A stretch of 60,810 bases of DNA, filler included. It is 3 parts of 3 records of this genome, joined end to end, with 100 filler letters (N's around TTAATTAATTAA, not from the genome) between each part and the next. Parts side by side here need not be neighbours in the genome. Positions count along the whole stretch, not along the records: positions 26,563 to 52,376 come from SRR22947727_1397; 2 more parts are not named here. One strand, given 5' to 3'. Shown here piece by piece: positions 32,365 to 39,841 of the stretch (positions are counted from its first letter, which is position 1; every line of letters starts with the position of its first letter). The notes under the pieces were generated by a model. That model was given only the letters and a program-made list of their open reading frames with translations, was not told the DNA's origin and ran no database searches. The position numbers and the translations under genes were made by a program.

Positions 32365-33169
32365 TACCTCTTGTCAAACCTTTTCTATATTCTACTAATT
32401 GATCAGGTCTTCCCTGTACTGGTGGTATTTGCCTACCTGACTTGAGATAAATTTTTACTATATCTGGATCTTGTCTAATAATTTGTCTAGCAGGATTACC
32501 GCCTTTTTCTAATGTTTCAAAAAGGTATGACAACCTACGCTCTGCCCGTCTCGTAACAATTTCTTCTATTTCGTTTTGGGTGTATCTTTTTTGAGTTTTA
32601 GGGTTAAAAAAATTAGTACGTTTTTTTAAAATTTTCATTTCTTCAAGCCCAACTTTATTCCTAAAAGCATCAAGCTCTTTAGATTCTAATAATTCCCTAT
32701 AAGCTTTAGATTGTCTACCGGCTGCATTATTGTAATTTTTTCTAGATTTTTCCATTAAATCATAACCTTGAGGTTCATTTGCTCCAACCTCGGCTTGACC
32801 TCTTTTGTAATCTACTTGTGCTTTTCTTTGAGCTTTTTTGGCTGCATCAATTTTTTCTATTAACTTTCTAACTTTATTTGCAGATATAGCAAGCTTACCT
32901 GCGGGTCCAGCACCAAGGGATGCGTAGTCTACGGGATTGAAAGGATCAAATATAATGTCGGTAAAATCTTTTATAGTTGGCAAATATGTGGGCATTTCTA
33001 CTGCGTTGTCTTCTGTTGGCGAAAATGTCGGCATTTCTACTGGTCTGGTCTTTGGTAGATTGCTTTCTAGTATAAGGTCTTGGGGCTTGTAAAGTCCCTC
33101 TGCCCTATCCTCGATACCATTTTGGTTTGCATCTCTGTATTCCAGAGTTTGTATAGGATTAATGGTCAT
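32336..33169 (-). CDS. Phage hypothetical protein (probably the 3' part of the upstream gene)
   Basis: 277 aa; frame stays open upstream to the A10 run at 33221; weak RBS. Confidence 0.6.
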   Translation of the reverse strand: MTINPIQTLEYRDANQNGIEDRAEGLYKPQDLILESNLPKTRPVEMPTFSPTEDNAVEMPTYLPTIKDFTDIIFDPFNPVDYASLGAGPAGKLAISANKVRKLIEKIDAAKKAQRKAQVDYKRGQAEVGANEPQGYDLMEKSRKNYNNAAGRQSKAYRELLESKELDAFRNKVGLEEMKILKKRTNFFNPKTQKRYTQNEIEEIVTRRAERRLSYLFETLEKGGNPARQIIRQDPDIVKIYLKSGRQIPPVQGRPDQLVEYRKGLTRGIGRGRERGD

Positions 33170-33216
33170 GCCTTCTGGTATAGACGAACCATCTGTTAAA
33201 CTTGGAATGGGGCTAT

Positions 33217-34458
33217 CTAGTTTTTTTTTTGTAAATTTGCTATATCAACGTCTAAACCTTTAGCAAACATAGGAATCATAGAACGATCTAAGTTAGAAAT
33301 ATTTCTGCCTGATTCTCCAAGTATATTTCTTGGCGATAGCATTTCAAGATCTCTGTTAGGAATTGTTCTTCCTGATTCTCCTAGAATTTCTCTTGTATTT
33401 ATGCCTTGACCGCGCATCATCATTTTTCCTAGTTTGTCTGATTCATCCATTTCAGACTCATAACCTTGTACTACTCTGCCAACAAATTCTCCTATTGACT
33501 CCCCTAATTCTGACGCAATCCCAGCAGCTTCATCTACAACTTCTTGAAAACCTTTATCTACTTGAGCTGCACCTCTGCCTATATCTTCAGGTACAAATCC
33601 AGTTTCTTGCGCTATTTGAGCTAGAGCGTAACCTCCGGCTGCTATCGCTCCAGGTATCCCAAATTTAGATACAGGACTCATAGCAGCGCGACCAAGTGCG
33701 CCTGATACAATATTTCCTACTGGAGGTCTGTTTTTTAAAACTTGGTTTGAAATGTTTTGAACTCTTGGCCCAGTAGTCCCTGGTCTTCTGCCTGAACGAA
33801 CTTCATCACCTTCTGCAAATCCTGGTCTTTCAAACGGTACGCGATCCAATTCAATACCAAGATCAAACCCTTGATTTGGCATAGGAACCGCAGGCATATC
33901 TTGCATAGGCATGTTTCCTGAACGACGTCTGTCAAAGAATTTTTGATAAATAGATCCTAGCCCTCCTTTTGATTTAGGTCTTATTGGTCTAATACCGCTA
34001 ACGCCCCCTCTATTCCCTCTTGGAGGATCAAATAAAGGATGTCCCGGTCCAAAGGGAAATGGCCTAGAAGGCGTTCCTGGCAATTCACCAGGTCTAACTA
34101 TAGAAGGAGGAAGCGGTCTGTCTGGAAGACTCGGGGGGAATCCTCCTCCTCCTATTGGGGATAAAGATCTAGGATCAAAACCGCTCCTATCATCTCCAGG
34201 TTGAACTCTAGGATCAAATCTTTGTTGTTGTTCTGCTAGAAGAGCATCTATCTGGTCACGAAGCTTATGTTGTTTGAAGCTATCATCCAAACTTCCAAAG
34301 AATCCGCCCCCTCTGCTGGGTTGTGGAGTTCCACCCATACCTTTTAAAGCATCAGCAGACATACCAAACATACCCATAGGCTGACTGGGAGCCATTTGCT
34401 GTTGTTCAGCCATTCGCTTTTGTTTTATTTTATTTGCCAGTCTTTTAAGAAAACTCAT
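33217..34458 (-). CDS. Low-complexity Pro/Gly/Met-rich phage protein
   Basis: 413 aa; FAEG and FAKG motifs; two ILGESGR repeats; ends at an A10 run. Confidence 0.7.
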   Translation of the reverse strand: MSFLKRLANKIKQKRMAEQQQMAPSQPMGMFGMSADALKGMGGTPQPSRGGGFFGSLDDSFKQHKLRDQIDALLAEQQQRFDPRVQPGDDRSGFDPRSLSPIGGGGFPPSLPDRPLPPSIVRPGELPGTPSRPFPFGPGHPLFDPPRGNRGGVSGIRPIRPKSKGGLGSIYQKFFDRRRSGNMPMQDMPAVPMPNQGFDLGIELDRVPFERPGFAEGDEVRSGRRPGTTGPRVQNISNQVLKNRPPVGNIVSGALGRAAMSPVSKFGIPGAIAAGGYALAQIAQETGFVPEDIGRGAAQVDKGFQEVVDEAAGIASELGESIGEFVGRVVQGYESEMDESDKLGKMMMRGQGINTREILGESGRTIPNRDLEMLSPRNILGESGRNISNLDRSMIPMFAKGLDVDIANLQKKN

Positions 34459-34476
34459 TTGAAAATAATATATTAA

Positions 34477-34812
34477 TTAAATGGTAAAACCAAGTGCTCC
34501 TTCACCCATACCGAACATTTCTTCAGCCATCTCTAACTCTTCAAGAGTCATGCCGATCTGTTTTAGGAACTCTTCGATCTGTTCTGGGGTAGCTCCTTCA
34601 GCCTCCATTTGTTGCAAAATTTTTATAATTTGCATGAGGGCTTGTTTAGCTTCGTCTTTTTCTTGTTCGCTAAGACTGTTAATTTGTGATTGCAATTGCT
34701 CTGGTAAAATAGGGGCCGCCGGAGTCCCTTGCATCATCTGTTGACCTTGAGGCATCTGTTGGTCTGGCATCATTACTGGTGCAACTTCCATATCCATCAT
34801 TTCTTCTTCCAT
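34477..34812 (-). CDS. Acidic Met/Gln/Glu-rich phage protein, first gene of the packaging/structural operon
   Basis: 111 aa; AAGGA RBS; promoter directly upstream. Confidence 0.75.
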   Translation of the reverse strand: MEEEMMDMEVAPVMMPDQQMPQGQQMMQGTPAAPILPEQLQSQINSLSEQEKDEAKQALMQIIKILQQMEAEGATPEQIEEFLKQIGMTLEELEMAEEMFGMGEGALGFTI

Positions 34813-34837
34813 AACTTGATCCTTTATGTTTGTTCGG

Positions 34838-34867
34838 ATTGTAACACCAGACTAAGTGAAATGTAAA
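34838..34867 (-). promoter_or_regulatory. Sigma70-type promoter for the terL/portal operon
   Basis: TTTACA-18 nt-TACAAT with extended -10 TGn. Confidence 0.55.
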
Positions 34868-34996
34868 AAAAATGGTTTTTGTTTGTGAGAGATCCTGTCC
34901 TTGTGTGTGTCCCTAGCGCGTAGCGCCGATTTGCCCCCTCCCCCCGTCACCAAGCCCGACGCCCGATCCGAAATCACCAAATAAATAGAGTCCCAT

Positions 34997-35029
34997 AAAA
35001 AAAGGGAGCTAATGCTCCCTTTCTTTTTT
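34997..35029. terminator. Bidirectional intrinsic terminator
   Basis: AAAAAAAGGGAGC-TAAT-GCTCCCTTTCTTTTTT just after the stop of the 66-aa gene. Confidence 0.85.
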
Positions 35030-35037
35030 GGCAACTG

Positions 35038-35238
35038 CTACGAGTCTAACGGCGGCACTAATGTCATGCCGATATTTTCTGGCGTTGCCTGTCCGAGCAA
35101 GTCGTTCATCTCTGCGTTAATGCCACCTTGTGCGATCACGTGAACTCCGTTGATGATCAGGCTTTGGCAATTAGTTTCAATTGCTTTGCCTACTACTGTG
35201 GTGCCGTCTTGGTTATATAACATTATTTCTATTTTCAT
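35038..35238 (-). CDS. Small phage hypothetical protein (early cassette)
   Basis: 66 aa; AGGAGG RBS, own promoter and terminator. Confidence 0.8.
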   Translation of the reverse strand: MKIEIMLYNQDGTTVVGKAIETNCQSLIINGVHVIAQGGINAEMNDLLGQATPENIGMTLVPPLDS

Positions 35239-35278
35239 TTTGTGACCTCCTAAAAGTCGTTTTGTTAAATGAGTACCT

Positions 35279-35307
35279 ATGATCTCATATTGGATACATC
35301 TTGTCTA
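35279..35307 (-). promoter_or_regulatory. Promoter with TGTATCCA box in spacer
   Basis: TAGACA-AGATGTATCCAATATGA(17)-GATCAT. Confidence 0.65.
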
Positions 35308-35509
35308 CTATTATTTCATCTTTTTTTCACTCCACATCTTTGGTGTGTTAGACCTGCCTTGCCAAGCTGGCGACCAACCTGCCGTCCCTGGCTGGCAAAC
35401 TTGTCCTTGTGTTAGTGTAGTCTGCTGGTTAGCAGGCCCGAACCCGAGATGAATACTCAGCCCCGATCCCGACCTGCTATTAGGAATACCAGCAGATACA
35501 AAACTAAAG

Positions 35510-35827
35510 CTAGCTCAAGCACTTGTACATTTCTTCCCAGTACTCATCTATATATTCAAAGTCTGAAATAATACTCTTGCAAGAGTCTCCACCCCAGTAG
35601 CCTTGAATCTCTTCATGATACGTGTCCAGGTAAACGTTAGGACCGCCTCCAGCTAACATGATCCGAACACCAACATAGGTCCCATCTCCGTTTATTGTGT
35701 ACTTGACATCATAAGCTTCGTAAGGAGGATCTGCATCATCCTCTGGATAAAATAGCATCTTACCGCTGCTCGCATCGGCTGCGTAGTCTTTGCACATGTC
35801 GCGCAGTTGTTTCTCACAGTCACTCAT
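35510..35827 (-). CDS. Phage hypothetical protein
   Basis: Start overlaps the methyltransferase stop (ATGA); RIMLAGGGPN motif. Confidence 0.75.
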   Translation of the reverse strand: MSDCEKQLRDMCKDYAADASSGKMLFYPEDDADPPYEAYDVKYTINGDGTYVGVRIMLAGGGPNVYLDTYHEEIQGYWGGDSCKSIISDFEYIDEYWEEMYKCLS

Positions 35828-36453
35828 GCTACCGACCCCCATTGCTCTGCCATAGCTTCAGCCAGGCCTTTATGAAACTTGCTTCTAACCTTCCAGCGAT
35901 CCGGTCCCGGGCTGGCATGATGTATGTCGTGTCTAGCCGTCTCCTTGGTTAGGTTACCGGTCTTGACCAACTTCGGTAAGTTCTTTAACCAAAGACAGGT
36001 GCGCTTAGTTACGTTGTCTTCTGCCTCAACAGATTCGGCAAACTCATACGGTTGTACGCTTTGTGCAAACGGTTCAAAGTTTTGGATCCTGGACTTGGCG
36101 TGCTTGTGCATGACTGGATTCTCAATAGCTATCCGGGGAACATCAGCGTTCCATAGATCTGAGAACAGGGCCGTACCCTCGTCCAACTCTTGCCACATTT
36201 CTTCAACGGTTTTACCTGAAGGCGCCTTGTGCAACCAACGCACACCAGAGTTACAAAGTCTGGTGCAGGGTGGGTGGGCTACCATCAACAGGTCCCAAGC
36301 TTCCATCTCTAGAACATTTCTGATGTCGTCCTGGATGTGTCGGTTGGTCTGATCATCAGCCGGCAGTATGTCGCAGGACCAAGTATCGTGACCTTTATCT
36401 AGAAAAGCGTTTCTAACGGTTCCGCTAGTCTCGCATCCAATTAATATCTTCAT
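35824..36453 (-). CDS. Minimal DNA cytosine-5 methyltransferase-like protein
   Basis: AHPPCT catalytic motif IV, IENPV motif VI, KRTCLW motif VIII, C-terminal GLAEAMAEQWG; divergent motif I (GCETSG). Confidence 0.8.
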   Translation of the reverse strand: MKILIGCETSGTVRNAFLDKGHDTWSCDILPADDQTNRHIQDDIRNVLEMEAWDLLMVAHPPCTRLCNSGVRWLHKAPSGKTVEEMWQELDEGTALFSDLWNADVPRIAIENPVMHKHAKSRIQNFEPFAQSVQPYEFAESVEAEDNVTKRTCLWLKNLPKLVKTGNLTKETARHDIHHASPGPDRWKVRSKFHKGLAEAMAEQWGSVA

Positions 36454-36483
36454 TAGATCTCTCCTATAAGTTAATGAAACTTA

Positions 36484-36512
36484 ATAATAACCATCTGGAT
36501 ACATCTTGTCAA
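36484..36512 (-). promoter_or_regulatory. Strong sigma70 promoter with TGTATCCA box
   Basis: TTGACA-AGATGTATCCAGATGGT(17)-TATTAT. Confidence 0.85.
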
Positions 36513-36648
36513 CTCTTTATTTGTATTTATTCGAGGGCCTGGAGCTGCTGGCCAACCCAGACTTGTGTTACTCTTGTGTTTCTTCCCCCCACCCCAGAGC
36601 TAAAAACCCCCATCCCAGCTCCCGATTTGTTTTCCCCGACTTAAATAC

Positions 36649-36682
36649 AAAAAAAAGCCAGCTGTATAGCTGGCCTCTTTTT
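36649..36682. terminator. Intrinsic terminator
   Basis: A8-GCCAGCT-GTAT-AGCTGGC-CTCTTTTT after the gene ending at 36694. Confidence 0.8.
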
Positions 36683-36693
36683 ATTAAATAGAT

Positions 36694-36855
36694 CTAATCT
36701 TCCGAAAACAAGTCCCCAGGGATCTGCTGCAAAAGTGTGTCTAAGTTCTTATGGCATCTGTTGAATAGATCCTCTCTCCCAGTTGCTCTAGCTAACCCGA
36801 TCATCCCGAGTTGGAATTCAATTGCATCCTTTAACAGCGTTTTATCTTTGCTCAT
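36694..36855 (-). CDS. Small phage hypothetical protein
   Basis: MSKDKTLLKD..., GGAGAG RBS inside upstream microgene. Confidence 0.65.
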   Translation of the reverse strand: MSKDKTLLKDAIEFQLGMIGLARATGREDLFNRCHKNLDTLLQQIPGDLFSED

Positions 36856-36991
36856 TTGCACTCTCCATACACTTTGGACACTCCACATCAGCTTCAGCTA
36901 CTAGCAAGTTACTGAATATGAACTGTTTCGGTTCTTTCATCTTGGTTGGTTTCTTAATATCAGAACCACACTCTGCGCACATATATCTCAT
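36842..36991 (-). CDS. 49-aa zinc-ribbon microprotein (not in ORF track)
   Basis: MRYMCAECGSDIKK...VECPKCMESANEQR; AGGAG RBS; directly after promoter at 37021-37049. Confidence 0.75.
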   Translation of the reverse strand: MRYMCAECGSDIKKPTKMKEPKQFIFSNLLVAEADVECPKCMESANEQR

Positions 36992-37020
36992 TACTTTCTC
37001 CTAATAATTAATGAGTCTTT

Positions 37021-37049
37021 AATTTATATAAGTGGATACACCTTGTCAA
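37021..37049 (-). promoter_or_regulatory. Sigma70 promoter with TGTATCCA box
   Basis: TTGACA-AGGTGTATCCACTTATA(17)-TAAATT. Confidence 0.8.
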
Positions 37050-37176
37050 CTACTTTCGTAATCTTTTTTAGCAAGCTGCCTGGAACTCCTGCAGACCTGG
37101 TTGTGTGATTGTGTTTTCTCCTTGTGTTGTTTACCCCACACTCAAATCTGTTTCCCGATTCCCGAATTCCCGACAT

Positions 37177-37200
37177 AAAAAAGCCCGAACTAAGTCGGGC
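37177..37200 (-). terminator. Intrinsic terminator
   Basis: Minus strand GCCCGA-CTTAGT-TCGGGC-TTTTTT. Confidence 0.8.
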
Positions 37201-37278
37201 TAATTTATTGAAGTGGAGAGGCGATTAGGTAATGAACCCAACTCTTATACTAGACTCATGTAGCCTCTCCATTCAAAT

Positions 37279-37677
37279 TCATAGGTTAACCTCCTGTTCT
37301 AATATTTTCATAATATCTTCAACAGAATCAGCGCCAACTTGAGCAATTAAGATTGTATTACACAAATCAGTTTGACAAGACCACATACTCTCTAAACGCA
37401 GTCTGAAATTTCTATCTTCATCTTGATAGTCATACTGATTAGTTAGAGTCCAATACTCCGAAGGATTATCTTTATTAAAAGAATTCATCTTTTTTGCAAT
37501 AGTCTCTCCTATTTTTGAAGCCTCTTTATTTATTTTATCTCTCTCTGCTTCTAGTTTTGACAGCTCTTTATAAAGAGAAGTTTTTTTAAACTCCTCGTTC
37601 TTAGACACCATATCAGCTTTCATTCTTTTATAGAACTTTGAAGCAAGTGCTTCTCTTTCTTGTTTATTTGTTTTCAT
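37279..37677 (-). CDS. Coiled-coil phage hypothetical protein
   Basis: 132 aa; AGGAGG RBS. Confidence 0.8.
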   Translation of the reverse strand: MKTNKQEREALASKFYKRMKADMVSKNEEFKKTSLYKELSKLEAERDKINKEASKIGETIAKKMNSFNKDNPSEYWTLTNQYDYQDEDRNFRLRLESMWSCQTDLCNTILIAQVGADSVEDIMKILEQEVNL

Positions 37678-37719
37678 TTTTATATACCTCCTAATAGTAT
37701 GTTGTTTAAATGAACCCTA

Positions 37720-37750
37720 AGTATAACACGATATGTATACAAATTGTAAA
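37720..37750 (-). promoter_or_regulatory. Extended -10 promoter with palindromic TGTATACA box
   Basis: TTTACA-19 nt-TATACT, with TGn before the -10; TGTATACA at 37734-37741. Confidence 0.65.
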
Positions 37751-38158
37751 CTATTTAAGTAAGCATTTTTCTTCCACAAACGGCGTCCCATCTCAGATCC
37801 TAAAGACGCCAGATCTCCTGAAGTCCTTCTGGTGTGTTATTATGTGTTATGCCCTACGCATTAAAACACTCCCCCGACCCCGAAAAGAAAACCCCGACCC
37901 GACCCGAATGATTCAGCAACCTTTCAAAACTATCCAGCGTCCCTCCTGGGAGATCTGGATGGGCTTATTGTGTTGTGTTATGTGTAGCTACGCACACTAA
38001 CCGTAAGTTCTATTAGGCAATCCCGAACCCGACCCGATTCGCTTGCTTTTTTATAGGAGAGTGACCGAGAGACAAAGGAAATGCGATAAACTTTCAAATT
38101 CCCTGCATATACGTAAATATAACTATAAAAATATATTACACTTTGTACGCTAAAGTTC

Positions 38159-38187
38159 TTGCATGTTATGGATACATTTGGTAATCT
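38159..38187 (+). promoter_or_regulatory. Rightward sigma70 promoter with TGGATACA box
   Basis: TTGCAT-GTTATGGATACATTTGG(17)-TAATCT. Confidence 0.7.
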
Positions 38188-38366
38188 GTCTATAGTTTAG
38201 TATTTCGTAGAAGTATTTACCTGACGAGGTGTAGCGATTGCTCAAACTAGTGTTGACGGACACTTAAAAGACCTAGAATAGTAAAGTAGCCGTTGAAGGA
38301 GTTGGTAGTAATCTTCGGACTAAAAAACTACCACTTTATTAACCCAAATCTTATAGGAGAGTAATT

Positions 38367-38786
38367 ATGGGAACTAGAAGCAATATCGCTTACAAAAAAT
38401 CAACAGGGGAGATAGTCAGTATGTATTGTCATTATGACGGCTACCCACAATATAACGGAGTAATGCTTAACGAACATTACAACACCAGAGAGAAAGCCAG
38501 AGGCCTCGTAGACAACGGCTATCAATCAGCACTTAAAGAAACCGTAGAGGAATCTAATCTGGACAGGGTGCATGAAGAACCCCCCAAGACTTACCGTTCA
38601 TTTCATGCTTTTATTATGGACATTAACTTTGATATTGAATGGGTATACCTATTCAAAGATGATGCTTGGTATTATGCTGAGACTTCATTAATCAGTTTGC
38701 CTAGTGGTAGATATGATGTTGAAGTTGACGCTTTCTCACTACTATCTGATCTGCATTACACAATAAACGCAGGAGATCAATCATGA
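38367..38786 (+). CDS. Conserved phage hypothetical protein (MxTRSxI...YCHYDGYP type)
   Basis: 139 aa; TAGGAGAG RBS. Confidence 0.8.
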   Translation: MGTRSNIAYKKSTGEIVSMYCHYDGYPQYNGVMLNEHYNTREKARGLVDNGYQSALKETVEESNLDRVHEEPPKTYRSFHAFIMDINFDIEWVYLFKDDAWYYAETSLISLPSGRYDVEVDAFSLLSDLHYTINAGDQS

Positions 38787-38995
38787 GTAAGAAATTTAAA
38801 TGTACTGTAGTTGAAACATACACCCAATATATAGAGATACCTGACGAAGTTGATATAGCTGATGTTGATTTAAGCGAGGTCTATGACTTTTCAATGCCAG
38901 AAGATAGCGACGAAACTGTAACACCAATAAGAAACGATAGTGTCGTTGACCTGGTTTATAAAGACGGAGAATTTGAGGAGTACAAAGATGAGTAA
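38783..38995 (+). CDS. Small acidic phage protein
   Basis: 70 aa; overlapping start/stop, AGGAG RBS. Confidence 0.7.
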   Translation: MSKKFKCTVVETYTQYIEIPDEVDIADVDLSEVYDFSMPEDSDETVTPIRNDSVVDLVYKDGEFEEYKDE

Positions 38996-39194
38996 ATACA
39001 AAGCAAAAAGATATATACTTGAATCTATATGGGAAGAACAATGGGTGGAGTGCGAAGCTGATTCTATAGAAGAAGCAGAGACAAACTTTGAGAATGGAGA
39101 CTGCGATATTGAATCTTCTAAAATGGGAGAGTTAGAGGATAGTGGCCTTCAAATTATTGTTGAAGATGTAGAACTGGAGTCCGACAATGAATAA
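38988..39194 (+). CDS. Small acidic phage protein
   Basis: MSKYKAK...VECEADSIEEA; GAGGAG RBS. Confidence 0.7.
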   Translation: MSKYKAKRYILESIWEEQWVECEADSIEEAETNFENGDCDIESSKMGELEDSGLQIIVEDVELESDNE

Positions 39195-39351
39195 ATTTAA
39201 ATTTGCCCAGGACGCTGTATTCTTTATTACCGTTGGTTTTGTATGGGTAGTATTAATTTTATCAATTGCTTTATTCTTTTTGCCTTATTATTTATTGCGA
39301 GAAGTTTGGAATTGTTACGAAACTTGGCAAATAAACAAGGAGAAGAGCTAA
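39187..39351 (+). CDS. 54-aa single-TM membrane microprotein (not in ORF track)
   Basis: MNKFKFAQDAVFFITVGFVWVVLILSIALFFLPYYLL...; GGAG RBS; stop overlaps next start (TAATG). Confidence 0.7.
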   Translation: MNKFKFAQDAVFFITVGFVWVVLILSIALFFLPYYLLREVWNCYETWQINKEKS

Positions 39352-39554
39352 TGGCAATAACAACAGAAGAAATGAAAGAAAGGATAGTTGATAACGAAAT
39401 CAACTACATAAGGGAAATGGTAAATAGAGATAGATATGATGATCTATTTGAGTTTGTTTATCAGTATTGTTTTAACGATTTTAAATCAATGAATAATGAA
39501 GAAATTAAAGAACAGTATGAGTGGAGATTTTTTGATGAGGAGCAAACCCAATGA
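39351..39554 (+). CDS. Small phage hypothetical protein
   Basis: MAITTEEMK..., AGGAG RBS. Confidence 0.7.
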   Translation: MAITTEEMKERIVDNEINYIREMVNRDRYDDLFEFVYQYCFNDFKSMNNEEIKEQYEWRFFDEEQTQ

Positions 39555-39841
39555 CAGTAATATTTGAAAAATCTTTTCCAAAAGAACCCAATGGAATAAA
39601 AAGACAATTTACCAGTTGTTGTGGTGCTAGTGACAAAGGTTTAGACGATTGCGTTGGTTGTAGAAGTTGTTACCAAGAAATATACGAATATTTTGGTGTT
39701 GGCAACGAAGAAACTTTTAAAGAGTACATCAACGATTCTAAGATTATGAAAAGATTTGAAGAATTCTTAGCTGATACGAACGAAACTTACGAAGAGTGGC
39801 ACGTTAACCTAATGAAAAACCATTTTAAGGAGCAAGGCTAA
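39551..39841 (+). CDS. Cys-rich phage hypothetical protein
   Basis: SCCGA...CVGCRSCY. Confidence 0.7.
   Translation: MTVIFEKSFPKEPNGIKRQFTSCCGASDKGLDDCVGCRSCYQEIYEYFGVGNEETFKEYINDSKIMKRFEEFLADTNETYEEWHVNLMKNHFKEQG

Larger units (their letters stand above)
34881..38040. repeat. Six same-orientation motif units: (TGTGT)n followed by (CCCGA)n, usually preceded by a CTGG/CCAG-rich GC box
   Basis: TGTGT clusters at ~34902, 35408, 36564, 37102, 37833, 37969; CCCGA clusters at 34955-66, 35437-72, 36621-39, 37154-88, 37873-907, 38022-37. Confidence 0.85.

Noticed and set aside
34881-38040. CRISPR array or integron attC array
   Set aside because: No constant-length identical repeats or spacers, no attC-type palindromes with GTTRRRY ends, and no cas or integrase gene seen.
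38221-38290. Hammerhead ribozyme (CTGACGAG core)
   Set aside because: The required GAAA after stem II is missing; kept only as a generic structured leader.
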